A stretch of DNA of 64,000 bases, taken from the IMG/VR virus record IMGVR_UViG_3300033146_003955, positions 32,001 to 96,000 of that record; one strand, 5' to 3'. The notes beneath the pieces are model-generated. The model saw nothing but the letters and a program-made list of their open reading frames with translations, was not told the origin of the DNA and did not search any database. This stretch comes from a virus. A program made the position numbers and the translations under genes. Shown one piece after another: positions 49,844-59,323 of the stretch (its first letter is position 1; each line of letters begins with the position of its first letter).

Positions 49844-51116
49844 AAAATTAACTACTGAAGAATTCATACAAAAAGCTAAACAAGTACATGGTGATAAGTA
49901 TGATTATTCTTTAGTTGATTATAAAGGCGCCAAGATTAAAGTTAAAATAATATGTCCTAAACATGGTATATTTGAACAAATACCCGATAACCATGTAGTA
50001 GGTAGAGGATGTAATAAATGCGGTAATATTAATAGTTCTAATAAGCAGTCTTTAACTATTAAAAAATTTATACAAAAAGCTAAGCAAGTGCATGGCAATA
50101 AATATGATTATTCTTTAGTTGATTATAAAAATATGAATATTAAAGTTAAAATAATATGTCCAGAACATGGAATTTTTAAACAATTACCTAGTGCACACAT
50201 AGCCAGTCAAGGATGCTTTAGATGTAATGGCGGGGTTAAATATACGACTAAAGAATTTACACAAAAAGCTAAACAAGTACATGGTGATAAATATGATTAT
50301 TCTTTAGTTGATTATAAAAATATGAATATTAAAGTTAAAATAATATGTCCAGAACATGGAATTTTTAAACAATTACCTAGTGCACATATAGCTGGACGAC
50401 AATGCTCTAAGTGTTCAAATAGACTTAGGTATACAACAGAAGAATTTACACAAAAAGCTAAACAAGTACATGGTGATAAATATGATTATTCTTTAGTTGA
50501 TTATAAAAATAATAAAATTAAAGTTAAAATAATATGTCCTGAACATGGAATTTTTAAACAAAAGCCTATAGATCACATACTTGGCGGAAATTGTTCAAAA
50601 TGTTCGCAAGTATATCAATATACGACTGAAGAATTTATAGATAAAGCTAAAGAAGTACATGATGATAAATATAATTACTCTTTAACAAATTATATAAATA
50701 ATAAAACAAAAGTTGATATAATATGTCCAGAGCATGGTGTGTTTAAACAAAAACCAGCAAATCATTTATATGGGCAAGGCTGCCCTATATGTAATGAAAG
50801 CAAAGGCGAAAAAGCTGTAGCTAAGTATTTAGATGATAATAATATAAAATATATAAGAGAATATAGATTTAATGATTGTAAAGACAAACGTGTTCTTCCA
50901 TTTGACTTTTATATTAAAAATAAAAATGTGTTAATAGAATTTGATGGAGGTCAACATAAAAAAGCTATAGAATATTTTGGGGGTAAAGAAGGACTCGAGA
51001 ATATAAAACGACGAGATATAATCAAAACACAATATGCTAAAAGGCATAATATAAAATTAATAAGAATAAATAATATAAATGAAATTTTAGATAAATTGAA
51101 GCATATTTTAATATAA
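49836..51116 (+). CDS. DUF723-type Zn-repeat endonuclease (5 repeats)
   Basis: Same repeat and nuclease motifs as 24377. Confidence 0.8.
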   Translation: MSKKLTTEEFIQKAKQVHGDKYDYSLVDYKGAKIKVKIICPKHGIFEQIPDNHVVGRGCNKCGNINSSNKQSLTIKKFIQKAKQVHGNKYDYSLVDYKNMNIKVKIICPEHGIFKQLPSAHIASQGCFRCNGGVKYTTKEFTQKAKQVHGDKYDYSLVDYKNMNIKVKIICPEHGIFKQLPSAHIAGRQCSKCSNRLRYTTEEFTQKAKQVHGDKYDYSLVDYKNNKIKVKIICPEHGIFKQKPIDHILGGNCSKCSQVYQYTTEEFIDKAKEVHDDKYNYSLTNYINNKTKVDIICPEHGVFKQKPANHLYGQGCPICNESKGEKAVAKYLDDNNIKYIREYRFNDCKDKRVLPFDFYIKNKNVLIEFDGGQHKKAIEYFGGKEGLENIKRRDIIKTQYAKRHNIKLIRINNINEILDKLKHILI

Positions 51117-51133
51117 ATATATAGGAGAAAAAC

Positions 51134-51397
51134 ATGGCAGAAGAAGCAGTTTATATTAATCAGATGAGTGACGCAGACATAAAAATTATCCAAACAACTT
51201 ACAATGCGATAAGAACACTCGATGAAGAGAAAAAAAGTATTGGAGAGGACATTAAAGAAGAGAAGGCCAAATGTATTAAAGATACAGGCATCAAGCCTAA
51301 AGATCTCAATAACATCTTCAAACTTTTAAAACTTCAGGAAGATGGATTTGATCCTAAGAAGTATGATAATGTTATTGACAAGATTCATGATATGTAA
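51134..51397 (+). CDS. Small dsDNA-binding protein (T4 DsbA/GapR-like)
   Basis: LDEEKKSIGEDIKE..AK...GIKPKDLNNIFKL. Confidence 0.6.
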   Translation: MAEEAVYINQMSDADIKIIQTTYNAIRTLDEEKKSIGEDIKEEKAKCIKDTGIKPKDLNNIFKLLKLQEDGFDPKKYDNVIDKIHDM

Positions 51398-51416
51398 AAG
51401 TAATACTTAAAAATTT

Positions 51417-51443
51417 AAGCGCCTAAAAATGGGCGCTTTTTTT
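51417..51443 (+). terminator. Rho-independent terminator
   Basis: AAGCGCC-loop-GGCGCTT followed by a T-tract. Confidence 0.85.
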
Positions 51444-51489
51444 GTATATTGTAAAGATAATTTTAAATATAAAAAGTTGGAGGATTATC

Positions 51490-52101
51490 ATGATTGATCC
51501 TAGTATTATAGAAGAAGCTTATACAGAATTAAATGAAGTTAAAGAAATTAAGAGTAAGTCGATAAAAGAAGAAAAATTAATCTATAAACCACGAAAAATT
51601 CAAGAAAGTGAAGTATATCAACAATTTTTAGTAGAGAACCCAGTATATATGTCAAAAGATGACATAGAAGTTGAATGTGATCCTGTTGTAGAGAGAATGA
51701 GAAAACTTATCAATGATATACAATCAATGCTCTTTAAATTAGATGATAACGTATATGACAAAGAAGCAGGTAAAGAAGATGATGATATTCGTGATGAAAT
51801 GAAAGCTGCTATGAAAATTTCTATTTTAAAAATGATTGAACGGTTGGAAGAAGTTGCCAAGAAGGAATGGAAAGAAGAAGAAGAAGAAGAAGCTGAAGAA
51901 GTAGAAAAAGAGGAAGAAGAAGTTAAAGAGGACGGTCCTGAAATACTTAAACTTTTTCCTACTGAAGAAGTAATATCACCTCAAGGTGTTAATTATACAA
52001 TAATTGAAATAAATGAAAATAAAGCTTTGTTACAAGATCCCCATGGTGAACAATTTAAGATTGAAACAAATACATTAAAGAAATGGAAAAGTAATAAATA
52101 A
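51490..52101 (+). CDS. Acidic protein with repeated (L/I)xE sites; putative head-internal/scaffold protein
   Basis: IEE, LNE, IKE, IQE, LVE and poly-Glu; follows TAAAGATA. Confidence 0.5.
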   Translation: MIDPSIIEEAYTELNEVKEIKSKSIKEEKLIYKPRKIQESEVYQQFLVENPVYMSKDDIEVECDPVVERMRKLINDIQSMLFKLDDNVYDKEAGKEDDDIRDEMKAAMKISILKMIERLEEVAKKEWKEEEEEEAEEVEKEEEEVKEDGPEILKLFPTEEVISPQGVNYTIIEINENKALLQDPHGEQFKIETNTLKKWKSNK

Positions 52102-52116
52102 AGGAGATAATATAAA

Positions 52117-52833
52117 ATGGCCGGTTTAGAATTTGGAGATTTCCTGAACAAAATGAGCGGAGAAACAAATAGTAGGAAAAAACGTCCTGTTCCTGTTGAA
52201 GAAACATATATTCCCGAAAGACAACAACCAGTAAAAGAAAAAGTACGTTCAACTCCTGTAGCTGAAGAAATACGTACTCCTAAAAGAGAGAAACCTATGA
52301 ATCGTATTGATGAAGAATTTAGAGATAGAGCTTACGACTATAGTCAAAGCGTAATAAAATTAGTGAGAGATAATTTTAAATCTGTAGAAGAGAGAACACT
52401 CATGTTTGAAAGTCTTATTAACGCTATCAATTATTATATGGGTAGAAGTTCCACTACTGTAGTTAATAATTCTGTAGCTTCTGTACAGGAATCTAGTCCT
52501 ATGTTTGGTTCAGCTCCTGTAATAAACGAAAATGAATGGCAAAAAATGGGTTCACCTATGGATAGTACTGGCATGAGAGATTTAACAGGCCAGACAGTAA
52601 CACAACCTGCACCTACAGGCAATTATAAAACAAGTTTAAATCTCGGACTTAAAATTGGCGCAGATGGTAAACAAGAAGCAGATCTTTCTGGTATTACAGC
52701 AACAGATATAAATGAAATGAAAATTTTAGCAGGAATGATTGGTCCTGAAGCTGATAATAAAACAAGAGAACTGAATGCTGCAAAACAAGCTGTCGCGCAA
52801 GAAGTAGCTGATAAAGCAAATATGAGGGATTAA
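52117..52833 (+). CDS. Hypothetical protein
   Basis: AAGGAG SD; MAGLEFGDFLN resembles the N-terminus of 31492. Confidence 0.6.
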   Translation: MAGLEFGDFLNKMSGETNSRKKRPVPVEETYIPERQQPVKEKVRSTPVAEEIRTPKREKPMNRIDEEFRDRAYDYSQSVIKLVRDNFKSVEERTLMFESLINAINYYMGRSSTTVVNNSVASVQESSPMFGSAPVINENEWQKMGSPMDSTGMRDLTGQTVTQPAPTGNYKTSLNLGLKIGADGKQEADLSGITATDINEMKILAGMIGPEADNKTRELNAAKQAVAQEVADKANMRD

Positions 52834-52834
52834 T

Positions 52835-53020
52835 ATGGACGCCGATGAATTAGCAAAAAAAGAAACTGCTGAAAATCAAAGAGCAGAAATAATAAAACTA
52901 TTAAATAAACTTATAAAAACAAACGAAGGTATTAACGAAACTATGACCGATATGATCAATCTTTTTAAACGTTATGAGATTGAAGAAGTCATGTATAACG
53001 AGAATTTACGTGACGGATAA
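52835..53020 (+). CDS. Small coiled-coil protein
   Basis: Operonic ORF. Confidence 0.5.
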   Translation: MDADELAKKETAENQRAEIIKLLNKLIKTNEGINETMTDMINLFKRYEIEEVMYNENLRDG

Positions 53021-53034
53021 GCATATTTTATTTT

Positions 53035-53493
53035 ATGGATTATGTAACAGAATCAATTTATGCCAACATTTATATAACTCACAATAGAGATAAAACTCAT
53101 ATTTATCAAAAAATACGTATAGTACCACAAAAACCAATTTTCCTCAAATATTTCATGTATGAAAAGTATAAAATAGGCAGAATCGTTCATGACCTCTTCC
53201 AGGAATTATATCTTGGGGATGGTGATAATATCATGTATGAAAGTACTATGACTTTCAAGAATACCAAAACAATAACTTATCGAATAGATAATGAAATAGA
53301 TCTAGACCTTGACGATCAAGAATATCACGTTGAAGGAGAGAGACCTAAATTTGATGCTTGTTCTGCTTGTACCTATCTTGTGATATCTAAAAGCGGTGCT
53401 GATAAATGTAGATTTCATAAAAAATTCCTTAAAAGACATAAAAAGAGTTGCACAGACTTCCTTGAGAAGGGAAATGATAATGGGGCAGTCTGA
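53035..53493 (+). CDS. Hypothetical protein with C-terminal Cys cluster (likely leaderless)
   Basis: CSAC..C..C; ATG lies 14 nt after GCATATTT. Confidence 0.6.
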   Translation: MDYVTESIYANIYITHNRDKTHIYQKIRIVPQKPIFLKYFMYEKYKIGRIVHDLFQELYLGDGDNIMYESTMTFKNTKTITYRIDNEIDLDLDDQEYHVEGERPKFDACSACTYLVISKSGADKCRFHKKFLKRHKKSCTDFLEKGNDNGAV

Positions 53494-53764
53494 TATTGCT
53501 AAAAGTTTATTAATTGGACAAACTTGCGATAGTTGTACTCATAAAACCACTTTTTTTGGCATTGGTGGCCCAAATAATAATCCTGTAACAGGATGTATAC
53601 TTAAAAAAACCGAAACGTTCCCCAAAGAAAAAACATGTAGTAAATGGTCTTTAAAAATAGAAGGGCCACAGTATGGCGTTTTTTCACCAACATACACTAC
53701 TGAAACAAAACTTACATTATTGGAGAAAATATGGAAGAAGTTGAAACAGCTAAAAATCTTTTAG
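53474..53764 (+). CDS. AKxLL-tagged Cys-rich protein
   Basis: DIAKSLLIGQTCDSC...C...CSKW. Confidence 0.6.
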   Translation: MIMGQSDIAKSLLIGQTCDSCTHKTTFFGIGGPNNNPVTGCILKKTETFPKEKTCSKWSLKIEGPQYGVFSPTYTTETKLTLLEKIWKKLKQLKIF

Positions 53765-53916
53765 AGGGAAAAAGTTGCGATAATTGTAAAAGACAAAAAA
53801 GTGAAGATATATGCGTTAGATGGCTGGGTGAAGCTTATGGATGGCAATGGTGGAGTAAAGCGGAGGAAGGTATATGTGATGACTGGATTGATAAACAACG
53901 AGAAAACACGCTGTAG
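53731..53916 (+). CDS. AKxLL-tagged Cys-rich protein
   Basis: ETAKNLLEGKSCDNC...C...CDDW. Confidence 0.6.
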   Translation: MEEVETAKNLLEGKSCDNCKRQKSEDICVRWLGEAYGWQWWSKAEEGICDDWIDKQRENTL

Positions 53917-53997
53917 CTAAAAACTTTCTACTAGAGAGGCAAAAATATTTCCACATATCAGAATTTCCACATCTAAAAAAAATAAAGGAGCAATTAT

Positions 53998-54207
53998 ATG
54001 AGCTGGATGAAACCAACACCTGTAGCAAAGATAAACAGTATGACTAGACCTGAGATGGCTAAAAATCTCCTTGAAGGAAAAACTTGCGACACCTGTGGCT
54101 TAGAAAGAGATGAAGATGATTGCTGTGTGTGGTTGGGTGAAGATAAAGGTTGGGCTTGGGTACATAACAAAGGTTATGGTACATGTGCCTATTGGGAAGA
54201 ATTATGA
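53998..54207 (+). CDS. AKxLL-tagged Cys-rich protein, close paralog of 53731
   Basis: EMAKNLLEGKTCDTC...WLGE..GW.W....G.C..W. Confidence 0.6.
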   Translation: MSWMKPTPVAKINSMTRPEMAKNLLEGKTCDTCGLERDEDDCCVWLGEDKGWAWVHNKGYGTCAYWEEL

Positions 54208-54273
54208 ATAAAATAACACATTTGTTGAGATTTAAATAAGATAACCTTATATAACGAAATTAGGAGAATTATC

Positions 54274-54837
54274 GTGGAAAATACCTTAGAATCCTTTGTA
54301 GATATGTTGGAAGAAAATACTAATGCTGATTATGTTGTTACCGAGAGCGGTAAAACTATACTCCTTGTTAAGAGAGTAGAAGAGAGTATAAAAGAGCAAG
54401 TTAGAGAACCTGGTGAAGGTTCAATATTTGCTAAAGCTTGGAAATTAGAAGAGTTAAAGTCCTCCCTTGAGAAGATTACACCTGAAGGGAATAAAGAATT
54501 ATATGAGGGTGAATTAAATGGTGCTGGTTTTAATCTCATCAAAGAGAGAAAGGAAGTAGTTCCTTATATGAAACTTGTTGGTGTTAATGAAAGTAAAATT
54601 CTTGTTGAAGCTCAAACACGGAGAGTTATAAACCTCCCACTCCCTATGGATAAGTTTAAAACTAATACAGTTACTTACTCCCTACGTTCAGTAAACATTG
54701 ATGAAGCAATTAAAAACTTTACAGAATTTGAAGATACAGCTCGTGCTGATAAACTTTTCATTCTTGAAGATGTTACAATTGGACCATATCTTAACAAGTG
54801 GAATGATGATTTATTTATCATTGTGCCTAATAAATAA
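54274..54837 (+). CDS. Putative virion-internal protein with LxE sites
   Basis: MENTLESFVDMLEE..VTES; follows TAAGATA. Confidence 0.5.
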   Translation: MENTLESFVDMLEENTNADYVVTESGKTILLVKRVEESIKEQVREPGEGSIFAKAWKLEELKSSLEKITPEGNKELYEGELNGAGFNLIKERKEVVPYMKLVGVNESKILVEAQTRRVINLPLPMDKFKTNTVTYSLRSVNIDEAIKNFTEFEDTARADKLFILEDVTIGPYLNKWNDDLFIIVPNK

Positions 54838-54856
54838 AGAAATAAAGAAAGGAAAA

Positions 54857-55232
54857 ATGGATTTTAATATAAATGAATTAAATGAAGGCTTAAATGAAGG
54901 CTTAAATGAAGCAAAAGGTGAAAGATTATTTAGAAAGCAAGCTTATAAACTCAGTGGCAAACAAATTGCTGGGTAATACCATACAAGATATAGATGCTTG
55001 GATGGAAGGTTATGAATCTTATCTTAGTGTTAAATTTGATGATTCTGAAAAATTTTACGATGATAGTAATGCATATGCCGCTTTTAAAAAATTATGTTTG
55101 CCATTAGGTATAGATGTTATTGATATAAGAGAACTATCATATCCCATGGTTAAAAAGAATGGGCATAAAGATTTGGTTGAAGAAATATGGGTTGAATTTG
55201 CTGAAGGTACCCGCAGCTCTGATTCTTTTTGA
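54857..55232 (+). CDS. LNE-leader protein interrupted by an apparent +1 frameshift at GGG-TAA (54971-54976)
   Basis: MDFNINELNEGLNEGLNEAK...KQIAG* continues in the +1 frame as NTIQDIDAW... Confidence 0.45.
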
Positions 55233-55234
55233 AC

Positions 55235-55263
55235 AAAGAGAGAGCTATTAAGCTCCTTTTTTT
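55235..55263. terminator. Hairpin at the convergent gene junction
   Basis: GAGCT-ATTA-AGCTC flanked by A- and T-rich tracts. Confidence 0.5.
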
Positions 55264-55676
55264 ATAATCTCCATATGACCTAATTTAGGTTGATATAGGA
55301 CAGGGATTACATTATTTTTATACGCCATTTCAACTTCAAAGTTTGAAAACTTAGGAGCTACTATGAATGGCGTTATTTTTTTGCTTCGATATAATTGCAA
55401 TTGTAGGAATCTAGCATATAACATACTTTGATGAACAGCTGATTTGAGAGCATCAACCTTATGCCTTTTAAATTCCAGGACAATCATTTTATTATCTTTA
55501 GAATATGGCTCTTCTTCAATTTCACAAACTACATCTGCGTACTTTACACCATCAGCAGTTTTAACCGGAAGTTCTATTCCGTATACTCTTAGCTTCCCTT
55601 TAGGTGCTTTTATCAATTCCTCAAAGTTGGAAAGGTGCTTCTTCATAAATATGTGTTTAATTTCCTTCTCTGTCAT
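55248..55676 (-). CDS. NucS-like PD-(D/E)XK endonuclease domain protein
   Basis: TEKEI...E...ADVV...VLEFKR...AVHQSMLY...IVAPKF. Confidence 0.65.
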   Translation of the reverse strand: MTEKEIKHIFMKKHLSNFEELIKAPKGKLRVYGIELPVKTADGVKYADVVCEIEEEPYSKDNKMIVLEFKRHKVDALKSAVHQSMLYARFLQLQLYRSKKITPFIVAPKFSNFEVEMAYKNNVIPVLYQPKLGHMEIIKKGA

Positions 55677-55964
55677 ATATACCTCTTTTACACTTTCATA
55701 CTTATCTTACAAGTGTAAAAAGAATTATATCATTTATGGGAAAATAATTTTTAAATATCTGTGTTTAATATTGTATGGTAATTGGTTGGCTGTTAATAGT
55801 TTAGATTCCACAAAATCGTGTGAGCCTACATTTAATCCCTTCCCACTATATCTTTTTATATTTTCACTGTCACCATAGATATGGTAGATAGCAGATGCGT
55901 AATAATAAGTATAATCTTTTTGGCTCACCACTATTTTTATAGTGGTGGGATTAATTTTTCCATA

Positions 55965-56468
55965 TTATTCTAACGATTCTAATTCTTCAAAATTTAATTC
56001 ATCATCTGTTATTTCAATAATATTTTCATCTAAGGTTATATCATCATCTAAGGTTATATCATCATCTAAGGTTATATCATCATCTAAGGTTATATCATCA
56101 TCTAAGGTTATATCATCATCTAAGGTTATATCATCATCATCCAACATGTTTAGTAACTCCTCATCAGTTTCATCTAATAAATTATCTTCAAGACCAAGAT
56201 CTAAATCATCGTCAATATTTAAAGTACCTGATACCTCGTCAAAATCAGCTTTTTCTATCTCTGGCATCTCAATTTCTTCGACTATAATATTATCAATTAT
56301 CTCTCTTTCTTCTTCGGCCTTTCCAAAGATGGATATTTCTTGTACAATACCATCCTTTTTTATAACCTTCCCTTGCATTTTAGATGAAAATAAATCATCA
56401 GCATAAGCCGCTTCAAATTCAGTCTCAAACTTTATTGTTAAATTCCCATCGTCTAATATAAATCTCAT
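55965..56468 (-). CDS. Highly acidic protein with DDDITL repeats
   Basis: AGGAG SD; very D/E-rich C-terminal half. Confidence 0.65.
   Translation of the reverse strand: MRFILDDGNLTIKFETEFEAAYADDLFSSKMQGKVIKKDGIVQEISIFGKAEEEREIIDNIIVEEIEMPEIEKADFDEVSGTLNIDDDLDLGLEDNLLDETDEELLNMLDDDDITLDDDITLDDDITLDDDITLDDDITLDDDITLDENIIEITDDELNFEELESLE
56026..56133 (-). repeat. Perfect 18-bp tandem repeat x6 (DDDITL)
   Basis: Unit TCATCTAAGGTTATATCA on the + strand. Confidence 0.95.
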
Positions 56469-56480
56469 ATTTTTTCTCCT

Positions 56481-57035
56481 TTATAGTTCCCAACTTTTCT
56501 CAATTTTATCTTCATAATCTTTACAGTTACCTTGTAAATAATCTTCAACAAAACAACAAAGCGCGTGACTGTCAACTACGTTATCGTCGAATACTGTTTG
56601 TTTCTTAATTCTTTTAAAGAATGGTATATTAGCACCTCTCTTATTTGCTTCTTCTATCATAGCCAATTTGTCTGCATTACCACTACCTGTATAATATTTT
56701 TTTAAAGTCTTAGGCGGAATGATGATAAATTTAATATCTTTAGTGAAGTATAAGGCCCGGAGCATATGGGACAAGCCTCCAAGTTCAAATAAAGTATTTC
56801 CGCGACTCGCATATGACATACCCTCCATACAAATATAGTCTGGCTTATATTTCTTTATAATCTCAGTTATATCTTCAACTATTTTTATTAATCGTTTCGT
56901 ATAATCAATAGTTGGGGTTTTTGTATTTTTAGTTTTAGACGATGATATTAAATAATAATATTCTTCACCTTCAGAAAAAACTGTTATGCCACTACCAACA
57001 AGACTTTGATCAATACCCATATATATATTACTCAT
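56481..57035 (-). CDS. RuvC-like Holliday junction resolvase
   Basis: GIDQS..GSG, CMEG, PKTLKKYYTGSGNADK, DNVVDS. Confidence 0.8.
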   Translation of the reverse strand: MSNIYMGIDQSLVGSGITVFSEGEEYYYLISSSKTKNTKTPTIDYTKRLIKIVEDITEIIKKYKPDYICMEGMSYASRGNTLFELGGLSHMLRALYFTKDIKFIIIPPKTLKKYYTGSGNADKLAMIEEANKRGANIPFFKRIKKQTVFDDNVVDSHALCCFVEDYLQGNCKDYEDKIEKSWEL

Positions 57036-57942
57036 CTTTTATCCTTATAAATTTATATTCAGGTAAATACTTTTCTATTTGATGTTATCTTACTATATCT
57101 TTTTCACAAAGATTTCCACTTATATCAAAATGTTTTTTCTCATCATATTCCATAATCAATTTCATATCATGGTTTATATAATCTACCCAATAACCTAATT
57201 CTTTTATATGATACTCACCACCGTTTCTAGCATGTTGACCATTCGTATTATTATCTTTATCGAATTGTTCGAAATGGTTACAAGCTTTGGGATTCCAATT
57301 TGGTACTAATTGTTGTCCTAGTGTCAATCTTTCCTCAACTGTTTTTATAGCTTTTAACCTTCTATTTTTAATTTCTTCAGCAGATTGAATTCTAACTTTT
57401 CCTTTTTTTGCTTTGCTCATTTTCATTCTTGTTTCTTTAGAAAATGGTTTTCTTTTTGTTCCTTTCATTGCATCCATAGCGCACTTATGACAACAATATT
57501 TACTATCATTACGTTTTTTGTATGATATTTCATATTCATTTTTGCAATAATTACATATCAATTTAACATCAGGACTAGGCTTTTTATTTGATTTACATTT
57601 TATACGCATTTCCTGCGCTTTATCTCCATACAACTCTTCAAATGTTTTACCTTTACTCCAAGGAATATTACCAATATGACTTTTACTCCTCACCTTTCTT
57701 GATTCCGCCGACATTTCTAAATCTTTTTGCCATTCATTAAAACAATTTTTACTACAATATTTACGGTCTCTTTTTTTGTATTCTACACTAAAAATTATTC
57801 CACAATAATTACATTTTATTTTTACAGGGCTATGAGCTTTAGCTTTATTTCTGTGTGTTGTTGCACAAGACTTACTACAAAATTTTTGATTTTTATAATA
57901 TGTTTTAAACTCTTTATTACATTCTAAACAAACTTTTATCAT
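57028..57942 (-). pseudogene. Zn-ribbon/NUMOD3-type homing endonuclease with premature stop at 57085-57087
   Basis: CxxC..YCSxxC repeats, SxETRxKMSxAKKG, YWVDY..IMEYDExxH. The frame continues past TAA as HQIEKYLPEYKFIRIKDE to a stop overlapping the RuvC-like start. Confidence 0.65.
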
Positions 57943-58009
57943 ATAATTATCTTGTATATATTTTTAAAATTGTCATGTTTCTACTTCTAAAGTAAGTGCT
58001 TCCCAATCA

Positions 58010-58246
58010 CTAATACGGATGGAAGCTTATTACTTCTATAAACCTTGTAAATATAAATTTTATTCCATCTGCAGGAAGATAAGTAGTTTCGTAAGATAGA
58101 ATTTTCTCATCTCCAACTTTATTATTGTCCCCGTGTATAATATGAGTTATTATTCCTTCTATTTCAACACGGCCAAACCTCTCTATTTTCTTATCATCTG
58201 TTTCGATAATATAAGCTTCACCTAAGAACATTACAAACTTTTCCAT
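58010..58246 (-). CDS. Hypothetical protein
   Basis: ORF in the minus-strand block. Confidence 0.45.
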   Translation of the reverse strand: MEKFVMFLGEAYIIETDDKKIERFGRVEIEGIITHIIHGDNNKVGDEKILSYETTYLPADGIKFIFTRFIEVISFHPY

Positions 58247-58445
58247 TATTCAAATACCAACCTTATTATTTTTCTGAAAGCTTCAGGCTTATCAACTTCA
58301 ATCTTTGCTTTTAAATTTTTCAGCAGAGTAATATACGCAAAAAATTTATATTCTATATTATCTTTGTAAAGTGTTGATATTATGATCATTTTATAAAGAT
58401 AATATAGAATATAAATTTTCAAAATCACTATATTAGGAGAATTAA

Positions 58446-58727
58446 ATGCCTAAAATTGATTTACAATCTCAAATAGTTTTAACTGTAGTTGGCCTACTTG
58501 TAACAGCTGCTCTTGTATTTGTTGGTATATCATTCTTGGGAATGCAAGATGATCTTCAACAACTAACTGTCGACGTAACAACTTTGCAGTCTTTACAAAA
58601 AACGTCAGCGATAGCCAATTCTAATGCTTTTAAAAATGCAAATGAGGATTTGATTGCTGTAAAAACTGATTTGAAATTAGATATACGAGAGTTGAAAAAT
58701 GATATAAAATATTTATGGAGGAGATAA
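58446..58727 (+). CDS. TM plus coiled-coil protein (holin/spanin-like topology)
   Basis: N-terminal TM, heptads, AGGAG SD. Confidence 0.5.
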   Translation: MPKIDLQSQIVLTVVGLLVTAALVFVGISFLGMQDDLQQLTVDVTTLQSLQKTSAIANSNAFKNANEDLIAVKTDLKLDIRELKNDIKYLWRR

Positions 58728-59248
58728 TGAGAATACTATTTATTATATTGTTAATCATACTGCCTATTTTTGTATTTTCTCAGCAAATTGTAGAAGAAGA
58801 TTTAATAGATGAGTTAAATTTTTGGAATTCAAATTTAAATTTTGAGTATAAAAACAATACTCTTTATATATATGATTATTATTCAAGTGATTACAGCGAT
58901 GTATCTCTTGGTTTATCAGATATCTTAGAAGGTATAACATATTATTTGAAAGATATTCAAATAGATTTAAAAAATTTAGATTTAAATGTTGAATATACAT
59001 GGGGAAGCCGTAATTATAGTAATGATGACTTCATTATGGAAAAATTGCATATAGATCCAGAATGGTTGATCGCCTACACTTTAACCGAAAGTAGAAAAGA
59101 TAAACAAGCAATGTTTGATGAGGTATTAAATCCAATATATAGAAGCATAAAAGATGACTTTCAGATATATCAGTCTCAACAAGTAAAACAAGCCATTTTT
59201 AATTTAAAAGAAGTTCAAATTTTACCTAAAGATGATTTTGAACGATAA
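58715..59248 (+). CDS. Secreted/periplasmic protein
   Basis: Signal peptide MRILFIILLIILPIFVFS. Confidence 0.55.
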   Translation: MEEIMRILFIILLIILPIFVFSQQIVEEDLIDELNFWNSNLNFEYKNNTLYIYDYYSSDYSDVSLGLSDILEGITYYLKDIQIDLKNLDLNVEYTWGSRNYSNDDFIMEKLHIDPEWLIAYTLTESRKDKQAMFDEVLNPIYRSIKDDFQIYQSQQVKQAIFNLKEVQILPKDDFER

Positions 59249-59323
59249 CACAGAAATTAAGTATAATAAATTTAATTTTTTCTCTATCTTTAATATTTTC
59301 ATCTTTAGAGCATAATTTAATAT

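Noticed and set aside
36055-56133. CRISPR array or replication iterons from the tandem repeats
   Set aside because: All repeats are spacer-less multiples of 3 inside ORFs. The Cas4-like gene has no other cas genes near it.
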